Positions 1 to 9,721 of a stretch of DNA of 64,000 nt are shown here, one piece after another; positions within the stretch are counted from its first letter, which is position 1, and the number at the start of each line of letters is the position of its first letter. Under the pieces are notes generated by a model, which made no database searches, had not been told where the DNA came from, and saw only the letters and a list, made by a program, of their open reading frames with translations. The position numbers and the translations under genes are program-made. The DNA is from Turneriella sp. (GTDB lineage: Bacteria > Spirochaetota > Leptospiria > Turneriellales > Turneriellaceae). The DNA is taken from positions 4,704,001 to 4,768,000 of the forward strand of contig CBDIID010000003.1 in the NCBI GenBank assembly GCA_965279515.1. Direction: 5' to 3'.

Positions 1-321
1 GTCGCCTATAACGCCGGCGTCGATATCGCCGTGCCGCATGGCGCGGTCGTGCAGGCGACGGCGCCGGGCATCGTTGTCAGTATTAATAAAGAAGCCAATC
101 TCACCTACACGGTGCGCATCCGCCATAACTATGGTTATGAGACCGTCTATAAGGGCATCGAAATGGTGACGGTCTCCCAGGAAGAGAAAGTGAACAAGGG
201 CGAGCAGATTGGCCATGTTGGCCATGCGGATGACAACTTCGAAAGTATACTGCACTACGAGGTGCATATCGGCGTCGAGGCGGTAAATCCCATGCCGTAC
301 CTGCCGCTGGCGGGGGCATAG
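1..321 (+). CDS. M23/LytM family peptidase-like protein, C-terminal part (5'-truncated by window); catalytic motifs degenerate
   Basis: Frame is open from base 1: YNAGVDIA...ATAPGIV...IRHNYGYETVY...VNKGEQIG...LHYEV...VNP, which matches the LytM pattern. Overlaps the bactofilin start. Confidence 0.85.
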   Translation, partial: VAYNAGVDIAVPHGAVVQATAPGIVVSINKEANLTYTVRIRHNYGYETVYKGIEMVTVSQEEKVNKGEQIGHVGHADDNFESILHYEVHIGVEAVNPMPYLPLAGA

Positions 322-677
322 TGAAAAAACAGGGTGATGCAGTGGCGATAGTTTCGAGCTATGTGGGGCAGGGTGACAGCTTCCACGGTGATTTTCAGCT
401 CACCGGCGCGCTGCGCGTCGACGGCAGCGTTTCGGGCACGGTGCGCTCGACGAGCCAGGTCATCATCGGGCCGACAGGCCATATCAAAACCAATGTCGAA
501 GCCGACAGCGTCATCGTGTCGGGCCGGGTCGACGGTAACATCTATGCGCTGGATTTCGTACACCTGCTCAAGAACGCACGCGTGATGGGAGATATCGTTG
601 CGGCAAATCTTCTGGTCGACGAGGGTGTAATCTTCGAAGGCCGCGCGAAGATCAACCACCTCAACGTGGGCTCCTGA
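321..677 (+). CDS. Bactofilin (polymer-forming cytoskeletal protein, CcmA family)
   Basis: 118 aa beta-helix pattern: LRVDGSVSG, IIGPTGHI, VIVSGRVDGNI, VMGDI, VDEGVIFEG. Confidence 0.9.
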   Translation: MKKQGDAVAIVSSYVGQGDSFHGDFQLTGALRVDGSVSGTVRSTSQVIIGPTGHIKTNVEADSVIVSGRVDGNIYALDFVHLLKNARVMGDIVAANLLVDEGVIFEGRAKINHLNVGS

Positions 678-753
678 AAGACTGCTGGGCAGTTTTCTGC
701 AAAATTTAGCCCGAGGCCGTTGCTAAGCCGGTATTTCAGCCGTCTCAAACCAT

Positions 754-2301
754 ATGCGCTCGCTGATCCAATTCGCCATAATTTGCAGCGTCATTCTCTC
801 CCCGGATTGCGGATCGCTCACGCAAGAGGTTTCCCGAATTCAGACAAATGCGACAGCATCTAACGACCCGGCAAAGACTTCCGGAAATCCGGGAAGCGCA
901 GGCGCTGCCGGAACGCCGGCAACCGTAGCCCCGGTACCGGCTACGGCTATCTGGGCGCGTACCGCCACCGTTGGGCCGACAGATTCGGCGTTTAACGGCA
1001 TTGCCACCGACACCAGCGGGAACATCTACGCCGCAGGTTCGCAGTTCGGAACCAGTACTTACACCTACGGTTCGCAGGGCAGCAACGGCGCCAATGCGGG
1101 TAACAATTCGGCGCTGGTAAAATACGATGCCGGTGGCACAGCGCAGTGGGCGCGCACCGTAACTGCTTCGTCGGGCAATTCGGTGTTTAGGGCGGTTGCG
1201 ACTGATACCAGCGGCAATGTTTATGCTGCCGGTTTTCAGAACAATTCTTCGACGTTTACCTACTCTGGCGTCTCAGCCACAGGTAACTGTGCGGCCAACA
1301 ACCTATCGCTGGTAAAGTATGACTCCACGGGCGCCGGCGTCTGGGCACGGTCGGTCACGAGCTGCGGAAGCGCCGCGCAGGCAAACGCGGTCGCGACAGA
1401 TTCCAGCGGCAATGTCTATGTCGCCGGTTTTCAGGTCGGCACCGCTTCGTACGGCTATTCGGGGCAGACCGCCACGGGAAGTTCGACCTTTAACAATATT
1501 GTACTCGTAAAATATAATTCGTCCGGTATTTCGCAGTGGGCGCGTTCGCTGGCGGGCGGTAGTAACAACGCCCAATTCAATGCGCTTGCCATCGATAGTG
1601 CGGGTAATGTCTATGCAGCTGGTTATCAGTCGGGCACTGGTAACTACACCTACGGTTCGCAGACTGCCCTGGGAACTGCAAGCGGCACCAATGTCGTGCT
1701 GGTGAAATATGATTCCACGGGCACAGCCATTTGGGCAAGTACCGTGACTGTTGGCACCGCCGCGTCGCAGTTTCTGGGGCTCGCTACGGATGCCAGCGGC
1801 AATATTTTTGCCGTGGGTTTTCAAACCGGTACTGGAACATTTAGCTATGGGAGCCAGAGTATCACGGGGAGCTCTGCCGGTACCAATATCATTCTTGTGA
1901 AATACAGTCCGGCCGGTGTCGTATTGGCGGCAACGACGCTGACGGCCGGTCCGGGTAGCTCGCAGTTTAATTCTGTCTTAACAGATTCCAGCGGCAACAT
2001 TTATGCCGCGGGCCTTCAGGCCGGTACCGGTACTTATACCTTTGGCTCCACCTCGGCTACCGGAACCGCGACGACGAACAATCCTATTTTGGTGAAATAT
2101 AACGCATCGTTGTCTGCCCAGTGGGTAAACACGATTGCCGCAGGTACGGCCAGCGCCGCCTTTAATGCCCTGGCCCTCGATTCAGGCAATAACATCTATG
2201 CCGCCGGATCTCAATCGGGCAACGGCACGTATACGTATGGCTCGCAAAGCATTGTTGGGCCCTATACGGGAAGCAACATCGCACTGGTTAAGTATCAGTA
2301 G
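754..2301 (+). CDS. Exported/lipoprotein with about seven SBBP-like beta-propeller repeats
   Basis: N-terminal hydrophobic stretch with Cys, then ~60-aa repeats (W.RT...F.A.A.D.SGN.YAAG.Q.G...Y.YG...N..LVKY), Ser/Thr/Gly/Ala-rich. Confidence 0.8.
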   Translation: MRSLIQFAIICSVILSPDCGSLTQEVSRIQTNATASNDPAKTSGNPGSAGAAGTPATVAPVPATAIWARTATVGPTDSAFNGIATDTSGNIYAAGSQFGTSTYTYGSQGSNGANAGNNSALVKYDAGGTAQWARTVTASSGNSVFRAVATDTSGNVYAAGFQNNSSTFTYSGVSATGNCAANNLSLVKYDSTGAGVWARSVTSCGSAAQANAVATDSSGNVYVAGFQVGTASYGYSGQTATGSSTFNNIVLVKYNSSGISQWARSLAGGSNNAQFNALAIDSAGNVYAAGYQSGTGNYTYGSQTALGTASGTNVVLVKYDSTGTAIWASTVTVGTAASQFLGLATDASGNIFAVGFQTGTGTFSYGSQSITGSSAGTNIILVKYSPAGVVLAATTLTAGPGSSQFNSVLTDSSGNIYAAGLQAGTGTYTFGSTSATGTATTNNPILVKYNASLSAQWVNTIAAGTASAAFNALALDSGNNIYAAGSQSGNGTYTYGSQSIVGPYTGSNIALVKYQ

Positions 2302-2358
2302 GAAAGCCGGCTTATTCAATTTGAATGCGGTTTTTTGGAAAAAAGCCGATGATAAAGT

Positions 2359-2820
2359 ATGCAGCAGGTGGCTTCACCGCGTCTTTCCGTCGGCGACTTA
2401 ATGAGCCGGCCGCAGACATCACCAAAAGCTACTGTCGCTACTCCCGAGCCGGGCGCAGCAAAGTTCTCAGCTTTAGTTTCTAATATCCTGACGCGCAAGG
2501 GCGCAGATAAATCCAAAACTGTCGAAGACCTGATGGCTGACCTCGATACCGACGAGCGTGAATTTGCGGAGAACCCCGCGCGCGAGCGTTTCGAGACCTA
2601 CCGTAAAACCGTGAAGATGCTGGTGAATATGCTCGTGGCCCGCGGTTACCGGCTGCAGGGTTGGGAAGACAAAAAGAAGCGGCGCTATGAAGTTGTCAAA
2701 ACCATCGACGCCCGCCTCGCGCAGCTCTACAGCGGTTTATTGCGCCGCAACCAGGACGTCGTTATCGCGCTGCATCTCATGGGCCAGATCCGCGGCCTGA
2801 TTTTCGATCTTCAGGCTTAA
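2359..2820 (+). CDS. YaaR/DUF327 family protein
   Basis: Helical protein ending IRGLIFDL with Y+..VK motif, typical of DUF327. Start could be 2401. Confidence 0.7.
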   Translation: MQQVASPRLSVGDLMSRPQTSPKATVATPEPGAAKFSALVSNILTRKGADKSKTVEDLMADLDTDEREFAENPARERFETYRKTVKMLVNMLVARGYRLQGWEDKKKRRYEVVKTIDARLAQLYSGLLRRNQDVVIALHLMGQIRGLIFDLQA

Positions 2821-3224
2821 GCCAAAACTTTGATTTTTCCGCCGGTGGCGGCGATGAAACCTTCACGGTCCTTCAGCCAGATTTCGATACGTTTGGGATA
2901 ATCCGGGTTCTGGTGACGGATTCTGAAGCCCTTTTGAAAAAGAAAGGAGCAGGGTTCGAGCTCCACGTTTTCCGCGAACGGGAATACGAACTGTCTCCCG
3001 GTGCTGACGATAATAAAATCAGGATAGACCACAACTCTTATCAGAGGTCCGCGGTACCTGACCCAACCGATAACACCGCTGACGCTGGCGGTGAACAAAG
3101 ATTCTTTTCCGATTTCCAGCGGATGTTTTTTCTCTTTGCGGATCGTCATCCAGAGGAGCATCCCTGTCACGGCCGCAGCGGCAAGGATAATGATGGTGGT
3201 AAAGAATGAGCTGACCATGCTCAC
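2817..3224 (-). CDS. Hypothetical membrane-anchored protein
   Basis: N-terminal TM helix; start overlaps the upstream phosphorylase stop (ATGA). Confidence 0.65.
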   Translation of the reverse strand: MSMVSSFFTTIIILAAAAVTGMLLWMTIRKEKKHPLEIGKESLFTASVSGVIGWVRYRGPLIRVVVYPDFIIVSTGRQFVFPFAENVELEPCSFLFQKGFRIRHQNPDYPKRIEIWLKDREGFIAATGGKIKVLA

Positions 3225-4612
3225 ATTCTCGCGAGAATATTTTTCAGCGGTTTCATTTTCGCCGCCGTCACTTTTAGCGCGGTTTTACCCACACGCGCCA
3301 CCAGGTTTTTGTGCTCTGCTGTTAAGCCCGGCTTGTAGATAAGCACAAGCGCTTCGCCTTTTTTCACCGCTTCGCCCGGCGCCTTGAGCATTTCAAGAGT
3401 CACGCGGTCGTCGATGGCATCGGTCGATTTTTTGCGGCCTGCGCCGAGATCGACCATGAGATTGCCGATAGCGCGCGAATCGCAGCCGGTAAAATACCCG
3501 GCCTTATCTGCCTTAACCGCAATCGTTTCGTCGGCGTCGGCTTTTTTCAGCGCCGACAGAATCGCTTCACCTTTTTTCACGAGGGCAGCCTCGTCACCGT
3601 TCTGCGAAGCCACCCAGGCGCTGAATTTTTTCGCGAGGCTGCCGTCCTTCCAGAGTGTGAAGAGTTTTGCCAGCGCCTTGGCGCGTTTTTTCTTGTCGTA
3701 GGCGGCGGCAGGGTCGAAGAGCGCCACGGCGAGTTCAACCGTCACTTCGACGAGCGATGATATGCGCAGTTCTTCGGCGGCGAGTTTCTTTTTACCATAA
3801 AACTTCTCGGCGGTATTAAAATAGATGCTGCCGGGCTGGCAGAATGCGCGGGCCTCGAATGTTTCGGCGGTGTTGCCGGTATAACGGCCCAGCGGAAAGT
3901 CCATCGCGGTGATGATACTGACGGTACGGATGCCCGCATTGTTCGCAGTTTTTGAAATCGATTGGGCAAGCGCTTTCGCCTCTTTGAGGTTTTGCATGAA
4001 CGCACCGCTGCCGCATTTGACGTCCATGACGAGGGTATCGAGATCTTCGGCAAATTTTTTGCTGAGGATAGAGGCGGTGATGAGTGAGATTTCATCGACT
4101 GTCGCGGTCACGTCGCGCAGTGCATAGATCTTTTTATCAGCAGGGGCGATGTCCGCGGTCTGCCCGATGACGAAGCAGCCGGTTTTTTCGAGGAATGCCG
4201 AGAGTTCGGCCTGCGTATAGTCGATGCGGTAGCCAGGTATCGCCGCGAGTTTGTCGAGCGTGCCACCGGTAAAACCCAGGCCGCGTCCCGAAATCATCGG
4301 TACCTTGACGCCGGCGGCGGCGAGCCACGGTGCCAGCATCAGCGAGGTCTTATCGCCGACACCGCCCGACGAATGTTTGTCGGCCTTGGCACCCTTGACG
4401 GCGCGGAAGTTGAGCTTTTGTCCGCTCGAGGCCATCGCCCGCGTGAGGTGCGTACGCTCCTCGATATCCATCCCACGCCAGCAAATGGCCATGAGCAGTG
4501 CCGTGATCTGGTAATCGGGGATATCCCCCGTGGTCGCGCCCTGAACGACGCGTTCGATCTCTTTCTGGCTGAGCTTTAACCCGGCTTTTTTGCGGGCGAT
4601 AATTTCGTTCAC
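3221..4612 (-). CDS. pdp: Thymidine/pyrimidine-nucleoside phosphorylase
   Basis: DKHSSGGVGDK, SGRGLGFTGGTLDKL, APADKKIYALRDVTATV, ASILSKK, DVKCGSGAFM, LGAGR motifs. Confidence 0.93.
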   Translation of the reverse strand: MNEIIARKKAGLKLSQKEIERVVQGATTGDIPDYQITALLMAICWRGMDIEERTHLTRAMASSGQKLNFRAVKGAKADKHSSGGVGDKTSLMLAPWLAAAGVKVPMISGRGLGFTGGTLDKLAAIPGYRIDYTQAELSAFLEKTGCFVIGQTADIAPADKKIYALRDVTATVDEISLITASILSKKFAEDLDTLVMDVKCGSGAFMQNLKEAKALAQSISKTANNAGIRTVSIITAMDFPLGRYTGNTAETFEARAFCQPGSIYFNTAEKFYGKKKLAAEELRISSLVEVTVELAVALFDPAAAYDKKKRAKALAKLFTLWKDGSLAKKFSAWVASQNGDEAALVKKGEAILSALKKADADETIAVKADKAGYFTGCDSRAIGNLMVDLGAGRKKSTDAIDDRVTLEMLKAPGEAVKKGEALVLIYKPGLTAEHKNLVARVGKTALKVTAAKMKPLKNILARM

Positions 4613-4673
4613 GGGAGAGGGTTAAAATGAACCGGGCGCGGGCAATCGAAAACCGGGACACGCCCGGGGATTA

Positions 4674-4823
4674 CTACTTAGGTAGCTTGGTCGGGATTTT
4701 GTCGGTTGGGATTTTATCCTTATACTCCATGGCCCTGTCTTTCATCTTATTGAAGTCGCAGCCGCCGCCGCAGGCAGTGGCACCCCAGGCCAGCATCAGC
4801 ACGGGAATCAAAATGAGTCGCAT
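4674..4823 (-). CDS. Small (49 aa) putative lipoprotein
   Basis: From ATG 4823: MRLILIPVLMLAWGATAC (signal + lipobox), then GGGC and a Lys-rich tail with duplicated DKIPT. Fills the intergenic gap. Confidence 0.6.
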   Translation of the reverse strand: MRLILIPVLMLAWGATACGGGCDFNKMKDRAMEYKDKIPTDKIPTKLPK

Positions 4824-4916
4824 CAGAACTCTACGGCTGATGGCAGGTTGACCGGCAAGCGGTATTTTGGGACCACAAGTTGGTTGTCCGGCCAGCGGGG
4901 CGGCAAATATACGCCG

Positions 4917-7049
4917 ATGCGAAAAATGCTGCCTGTACTGCTGCTGGCCTGGCTGGGATGTACCCCGAAAACGCCGGTATTCGTGCATCCGCAGATTCCC
5001 TTAAAGCTCTCGCTGGGCCATGTCTCGGTCGTGCGCGACGATAAGGCGCGTATTCTCAGCATTGTCGACCACCGCCGCAACCGTGCGCTTTTGCGCCTGA
5101 GCCTCGCCGATTCGTTTCTGACTCTCGCCCGGGCCCAAAGCCATGTCAGCAGCCGCATGGGTTCATACTGGATGGACGATGAACCGGCCGAACAATGCGA
5201 AAAGACCGAGCTGCTTTCTTCCAGCGTCGATGTGTCCGCGATACGGCTCTCGGGCCGCAGTCTCTGCGATCGGCAAAAGGTAGCGTTTGAGATGGTGATC
5301 CAACCCATCGATAACCGCGTGATTTTTTCACTGCGCCCGGCGGATGGCACCTTCAATCGCCTGCGCCTGAAATTTCTTGCTGAAGAAAATGAACATATCT
5401 TCGGCGGCGGCGAACAGTTCACGCACCTCGATCTGCGCGGCCGCAAAATTCCCATGCTTTCCGAAGAGCAGGGTATTGGCCGCGGCCTGCAACCCATCAC
5501 CACCGGCGCAACGCTGACAGCCGGCGCGGGCGGTACCGACGTCACCACGTATGCGCCGGTCCCGTTTTTTATGACGAGCGCATTCCGTTCGTTCGAGACC
5601 GCGCAAACGGCCTACCAGGTGTGGGATTTCACCCGCCGCGAGTTTGTCGTCGAGATCTGGGAGGGCAGCCTCACGCTGTCTTTGGCGACCGCCAATTTTG
5701 AGACGCTGATCGCCGACTACACCGCGCGCACCGGCCGCATGAAAAAGCTGCCCGACTGGGCCGCGGGTACGATTTTGGGCGTTCAAGGCGGCCGGGAAAA
5801 AGTCGAAGAAATACTCGCCGCCGCCGTCAAAGCGGGAAATCCCATCACGGCGATCTGGATTCAGGACTGGGTCGGCCGGCGTATGACGAGCTTCGGCAGT
5901 CAACTGTGGTGGCGCTGGCTGCCCGATGAAAAGGCCTATCCCGATTTCAGAAACTGGGTGCAGCTACTCGCGTTCAGGGGCATCAAGGTGCTGGGTTATA
6001 TCAATCCCTTTCTCGCCGACGAGGGGCCGATCTTTGACGAGGCAAAGCTGCAGGGTTACCTGGTGCGCAATGCTAAGGGCGAGCCGTATAAAATTCAGAC
6101 CGCGGGATTTCCCGCATACCTCATCGATCTTTCGAATGCCAGGGCCCGCGATTTTCTGAAAAATATTATCAAACAGAATCTGCTGGCAAACGGCCTCGCA
6201 GGTTACATGGCCGATTTTGGCGAGTGGCTGCCGTTCGATGCGGTGCTGGCATCGGGCGAAAGCGCTGAACTTTGGCATAACCGCTACCCGGTCGAATGGG
6301 CGCGCCTCAACCGTGAGGCGATCCGCGAAGCGGGTCTCGAGGGCAGGGTGGTGTTTTTTACGCGCTCTGGTTTTGCCGGTTCTGCGGGCGAATCGACGCT
6401 GTTCTGGGCGGGCGATCAGCTGGTGACCTTTGACGAGCACGACGGTCTTGCTTCGGCGATCACCGGTATTTTATCGGGCGGCGTTTCGGGCATTTCACTT
6501 AACCACAGCGACATCGGCGGTTATACGACCATAAACCACTTTGTTAAAAACTACCACCGCAGCCGCGAGCTCACGCTGCGCTGGGCGGAGTTCGCCGTGT
6601 TCACGCCGTTTTTCCGCACGCATGAGGGCAATCGCCCCGAGAAAAATTACCAGGTCTATAGTGATAACCGCATCACTACAGAGTTTGCGGCGCTGGGAAA
6701 AACCCACCTCAAACTCAAACCTTATTTTGACGAGCTGATGCTCGAGGCCGAGAGAACAGGAATGCCACTATTACGGCCGATGTTTCTGCATTATCCGTTC
6801 GATCGCAATACTTTTGAGCTCCGCCACCAGGCGATGCTGGGCCGCGATCTTGTCATTGCGCCGGTCATCGAGCCGGGTGCAACGCAGGGCCGCGTCTATC
6901 TGCCGCAGGGTGAGTGGATTCATTCGCTGACGGGGAAAAGTTTTGCCGGCCCCGCGTGGCATTTTTTCGCTGCGCCTCTGGGCACGGCCGTGGGGTTTAT
7001 CCGCGCCGGTTCTTTGCATGAGCAAATGCTGAGAGAGGCTTTGCGGTAA
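4917..7049 (+). CDS. GH31 alpha-glycosidase, YihQ-like, predicted lipoprotein
   Basis: GGGEQF, LGVQGG, WIQDW, GYINPF, MADFGE (nucleophile), WAGDQ (acid/base), HSDIGGY, RTHEGNRP. MRKMLPVLLLAWLGC signal from ATG 4917. Confidence 0.9.
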   Translation: MRKMLPVLLLAWLGCTPKTPVFVHPQIPLKLSLGHVSVVRDDKARILSIVDHRRNRALLRLSLADSFLTLARAQSHVSSRMGSYWMDDEPAEQCEKTELLSSSVDVSAIRLSGRSLCDRQKVAFEMVIQPIDNRVIFSLRPADGTFNRLRLKFLAEENEHIFGGGEQFTHLDLRGRKIPMLSEEQGIGRGLQPITTGATLTAGAGGTDVTTYAPVPFFMTSAFRSFETAQTAYQVWDFTRREFVVEIWEGSLTLSLATANFETLIADYTARTGRMKKLPDWAAGTILGVQGGREKVEEILAAAVKAGNPITAIWIQDWVGRRMTSFGSQLWWRWLPDEKAYPDFRNWVQLLAFRGIKVLGYINPFLADEGPIFDEAKLQGYLVRNAKGEPYKIQTAGFPAYLIDLSNARARDFLKNIIKQNLLANGLAGYMADFGEWLPFDAVLASGESAELWHNRYPVEWARLNREAIREAGLEGRVVFFTRSGFAGSAGESTLFWAGDQLVTFDEHDGLASAITGILSGGVSGISLNHSDIGGYTTINHFVKNYHRSRELTLRWAEFAVFTPFFRTHEGNRPEKNYQVYSDNRITTEFAALGKTHLKLKPYFDELMLEAERTGMPLLRPMFLHYPFDRNTFELRHQAMLGRDLVIAPVIEPGATQGRVYLPQGEWIHSLTGKSFAGPAWHFFAAPLGTAVGFIRAGSLHEQMLREALR

Positions 7050-7055
7050 TCAAGT

Positions 7056-7108
7056 AACCACGGCGGCACGGCGAACACGGCGCCGTGCTCTCCGTGATCG
7101 CCGTGGTT
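7056..7108. repeat. Palindrome of three CACGGCG units and their inverses between convergent genes (possible bidirectional terminator)
   Basis: AACCACGGCG-GCACGGCG-AACACGGCG...CCGTG...CCGTG...CGCCGTGGTT. Confidence 0.75.
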
Positions 7109-7117
7109 TTGCTAATA

Positions 7118-7549
7118 CTAGAGTTCGCCGATATCTTCGTTCCATAGTTTTGGGTTGGCCGCAATAAACGCGCGCATCATATCGGCGCATTCTTCCAGCG
7201 CGAGATCAATAACTTCGATGCCCTGCGAGCGCATAAAATCCGGCGCGCCCGGAAATGTTAGCGATTCGCCGACAATGACTTTGGGGATAGCAAATTGCAC
7301 GGCGGCCCCTGAACACAGGAAGCAGGGCATCAGCGTGGAGTAAAGAACAGTGTCCTTGTAGCTGCCGATGCGGCCGGCATTTTGCAGGCAATCGATCTCG
7401 GCGTGCAGAATCGGGTTCTTCTTCTGCACGCGCTGGTTATGCCCGCGGCCGATGATTTCGCCGTTCTTAACCAGTACCGAGCCGATGGGGATACCCCCAA
7501 CGGCGAGTCCTTTTTTCGCCTCGAGAATCGCTTCGTGCATGAAATCCAT
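7118..7549 (-). CDS. Zn-dependent nucleoside/cytosine deaminase
   Basis: PIGSVL, GRGHN, HAE and PCxxC motifs. Confidence 0.9.
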   Translation of the reverse strand: MDFMHEAILEAKKGLAVGGIPIGSVLVKNGEIIGRGHNQRVQKKNPILHAEIDCLQNAGRIGSYKDTVLYSTLMPCFLCSGAAVQFAIPKVIVGESLTFPGAPDFMRSQGIEVIDLALEECADMMRAFIAANPKLWNEDIGEL

Positions 7550-7643
7550 GCGTTTATTGCCAGCGGCGGCATGCGTCGGTAAACAAAAATATCCGCATTA
7601 TGAATTCTTGTTCACCGCATGAAAAGGCCTTGCAGCCGGGCAT

Positions 7644-8123
7644 ATGAGTCTTCAATTAGGGAAACCCGCGCCGGATTTTTCGGGCAAAGCATTTTGGCTG
7701 GGGCGTGCGGGCGGTGAGATTTTCGATTTTAATCTCAAGGATTTTCCCGGTAAACGCATCATACTGGCTTTTTATCCCGGTGATTTCACGCCGGTATGCA
7801 CGGTCGAGATGTGCGATTTTGGCGATCATATCGGCGCACTCACCGGTCTCAACGCTCTCGTTGTCGGAATTTCCACAGACCCGATCTCAAAGCACGCCGA
7901 GTTCGCCAAAAAGTATAATCTGAATTTCCCGCTGGTCGAAGACGTCGATAAAAAAATCGGCGGTGCTTATAATGTCACCGGGAATTTTCTGATGCCCTCG
8001 CATAAACGCGCGCTTTTCATCATCGACGCACAGGGAAACCTGGCCTGGAAAAAAGTCGAACTGGCAGTGGTCTTTCGCACCGAGGCGAAAGAAGTTGCGC
8101 GCGTACTTGGGGCGCTGCCGTAA
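7644..8123 (+). CDS. Peroxiredoxin (BCP/PrxQ type)
   Basis: FYPGDFTPVCTVEMC (PxxxTxxC with resolving Cys); RALFIID. Confidence 0.9.
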   Translation: MSLQLGKPAPDFSGKAFWLGRAGGEIFDFNLKDFPGKRIILAFYPGDFTPVCTVEMCDFGDHIGALTGLNALVVGISTDPISKHAEFAKKYNLNFPLVEDVDKKIGGAYNVTGNFLMPSHKRALFIIDAQGNLAWKKVELAVVFRTEAKEVARVLGALP

Positions 8124-8128
8124 CCGCC

Positions 8129-9691
8129 ATGGCTAAAAAAACTTCTGAAAAAACGGTCTCACCGCGCGTCGTTGAAATTATGGATACGACGCTGCGCGAC
8201 GGCGAGCAGACCTATAACGTGGCATTTGCCGCTTCGGAGAAACTCCAGGTTTCCCGGCTGCTGCTCGAAAAGGCGAACGTCAACTATATCGAAGTGGCCT
8301 CAGCGCGCGTCTCTAAGGGCGAGCTCGAAAGCGTACGCCAGATTACCGCGTGGGCAGAGAAGACCGGCGGCAAGAAGCTGCTCGAGCGTATTGAGATTTT
8401 AGGCTTCGTCGACGAAAAGCGCTCCGTCAACTGGATGGTCGAGGCCGGGGCGATGACGCTCAACATGCTGACGAAGGGCTCGCTCAACCATTTGAAGAAC
8501 CAGCTCAAAAAGACACCCGGCGAGCATTTTTCCGATATCGCCAAAACCATCGAATATGCGGTGAAACAGGGCCGGCGCGTGAATGTGTACCTCGAAGACT
8601 GGTCGAATGGTTATCTCCATTCACCGGCGTATATGTATGAGTATCTCGACTTTATCGTCACACAACCGGTGAAGCGCATCATGCTGCCGGACACATTGGG
8701 CGTACTCTATCCCTCGCAGGTCTTCACCGCGATTTCGGAAATTACCTCGCGTTACCCCAAAAGCCACTTTGATTTCCATCCGCATAACGACTATGGCCTG
8801 GGCACCGTGAACGTGCTCGAAGCGATCCGCGCGGGTGCGCACGGGGTGCATACCACTGTCAATTGCCTCGGCGAGCGCACAGGCAACGCTTCGCTGGCCG
8901 AGGTCGTAGCGGGCATCCATGACCACCTGGGCTTGAAGACCACCGTGAACGAAAAAAGCCTCTTTAACCTTTCCCGCACGGTAGAAACTTTCTCCGGCAA
9001 GCGCCTCGCCGCCAATGCCCCCATTGTCGGTGAAGACGTCTTCACGCAGACAGCGGGCATCCATGCCGACGGCGATAAAAAAGGCGGTCTCTATGAAAGC
9101 CGCCTGATGCCGGCGCGTTTTGGCCGCGACCGCCGCTACGCGCTGGGCAAGCTGGCAGGCAAGGCGTCCGTCGACCAGAACCTCAAGGAACTCGGCATCA
9201 CACTGGCCGACGATGAGCGTGCGCAGGTGCTGGCGCGTATCATCGAACTCGGCGACCAGAAAAAGCAGGTGACGCTCGACGATCTGCCCTTCATCATCGG
9301 CGAGGTCTTAAAAAAGCCCGAAGAGAAGATTGTCGTCATCAGTCAGGTCACTGTGACTTCCGGGCTACATGTGAAGCCGATGTGTTCGCTGACCGTCGAA
9401 TATAAAGGCAAGTCAGCCCAGGTTTCGGGGCAGGGTGAGGGCGGCTATGACGCGTTTATGGTTGCCCTGACAGGCTGGGCGAAGCAGAATAAGATCACGC
9501 TGCCGCGCCTGACAGACTATGAAGTGCGGATTCCCCCCGGTGGCCAAACCTCGGCGCTTGTCGAGTGTAAGATCACGTGGCGTGAAACCGGCTCTGAGCG
9601 CATCATGACGACGCGCGGGGTCGACCCCGACCAGATTATTGCAGCGATCCGCGCGACGGAGCGTATGCTGAACCTGATTTTAAGGAAATGA
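8129..9691 (+). CDS. cimA: (R)-citramalate synthase, Leptospira/Bacteroides type
   Basis: DTTLRDGEQ, EVASARVS, YLEDWSNG, LPDTLG, HPHNDYG, GERTGN, YALGK, plus regulatory domain DYEVRIPPGG. Confidence 0.88.
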   Translation: MAKKTSEKTVSPRVVEIMDTTLRDGEQTYNVAFAASEKLQVSRLLLEKANVNYIEVASARVSKGELESVRQITAWAEKTGGKKLLERIEILGFVDEKRSVNWMVEAGAMTLNMLTKGSLNHLKNQLKKTPGEHFSDIAKTIEYAVKQGRRVNVYLEDWSNGYLHSPAYMYEYLDFIVTQPVKRIMLPDTLGVLYPSQVFTAISEITSRYPKSHFDFHPHNDYGLGTVNVLEAIRAGAHGVHTTVNCLGERTGNASLAEVVAGIHDHLGLKTTVNEKSLFNLSRTVETFSGKRLAANAPIVGEDVFTQTAGIHADGDKKGGLYESRLMPARFGRDRRYALGKLAGKASVDQNLKELGITLADDERAQVLARIIELGDQKKQVTLDDLPFIIGEVLKKPEEKIVVISQVTVTSGLHVKPMCSLTVEYKGKSAQVSGQGEGGYDAFMVALTGWAKQNKITLPRLTDYEVRIPPGGQTSALVECKITWRETGSERIMTTRGVDPDQIIAAIRATERMLNLILRK

Positions 9692-9721
9692 AGGGATTTC
9701 CTGAAAAAGAATGAGACTCCC

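Noticed and set aside
940..2301. ~180-bp periodic repeats that might suggest an array
   Set aside because: They are degenerate at codon third positions within one ORF, so they are protein beta-propeller repeats, not CRISPR or a DNA array.
2320..2358. GCCGATGA as a sigma-28 -10 element before the YaaR-like gene
   Set aside because: No TAAA-like -35 at the expected spacing.
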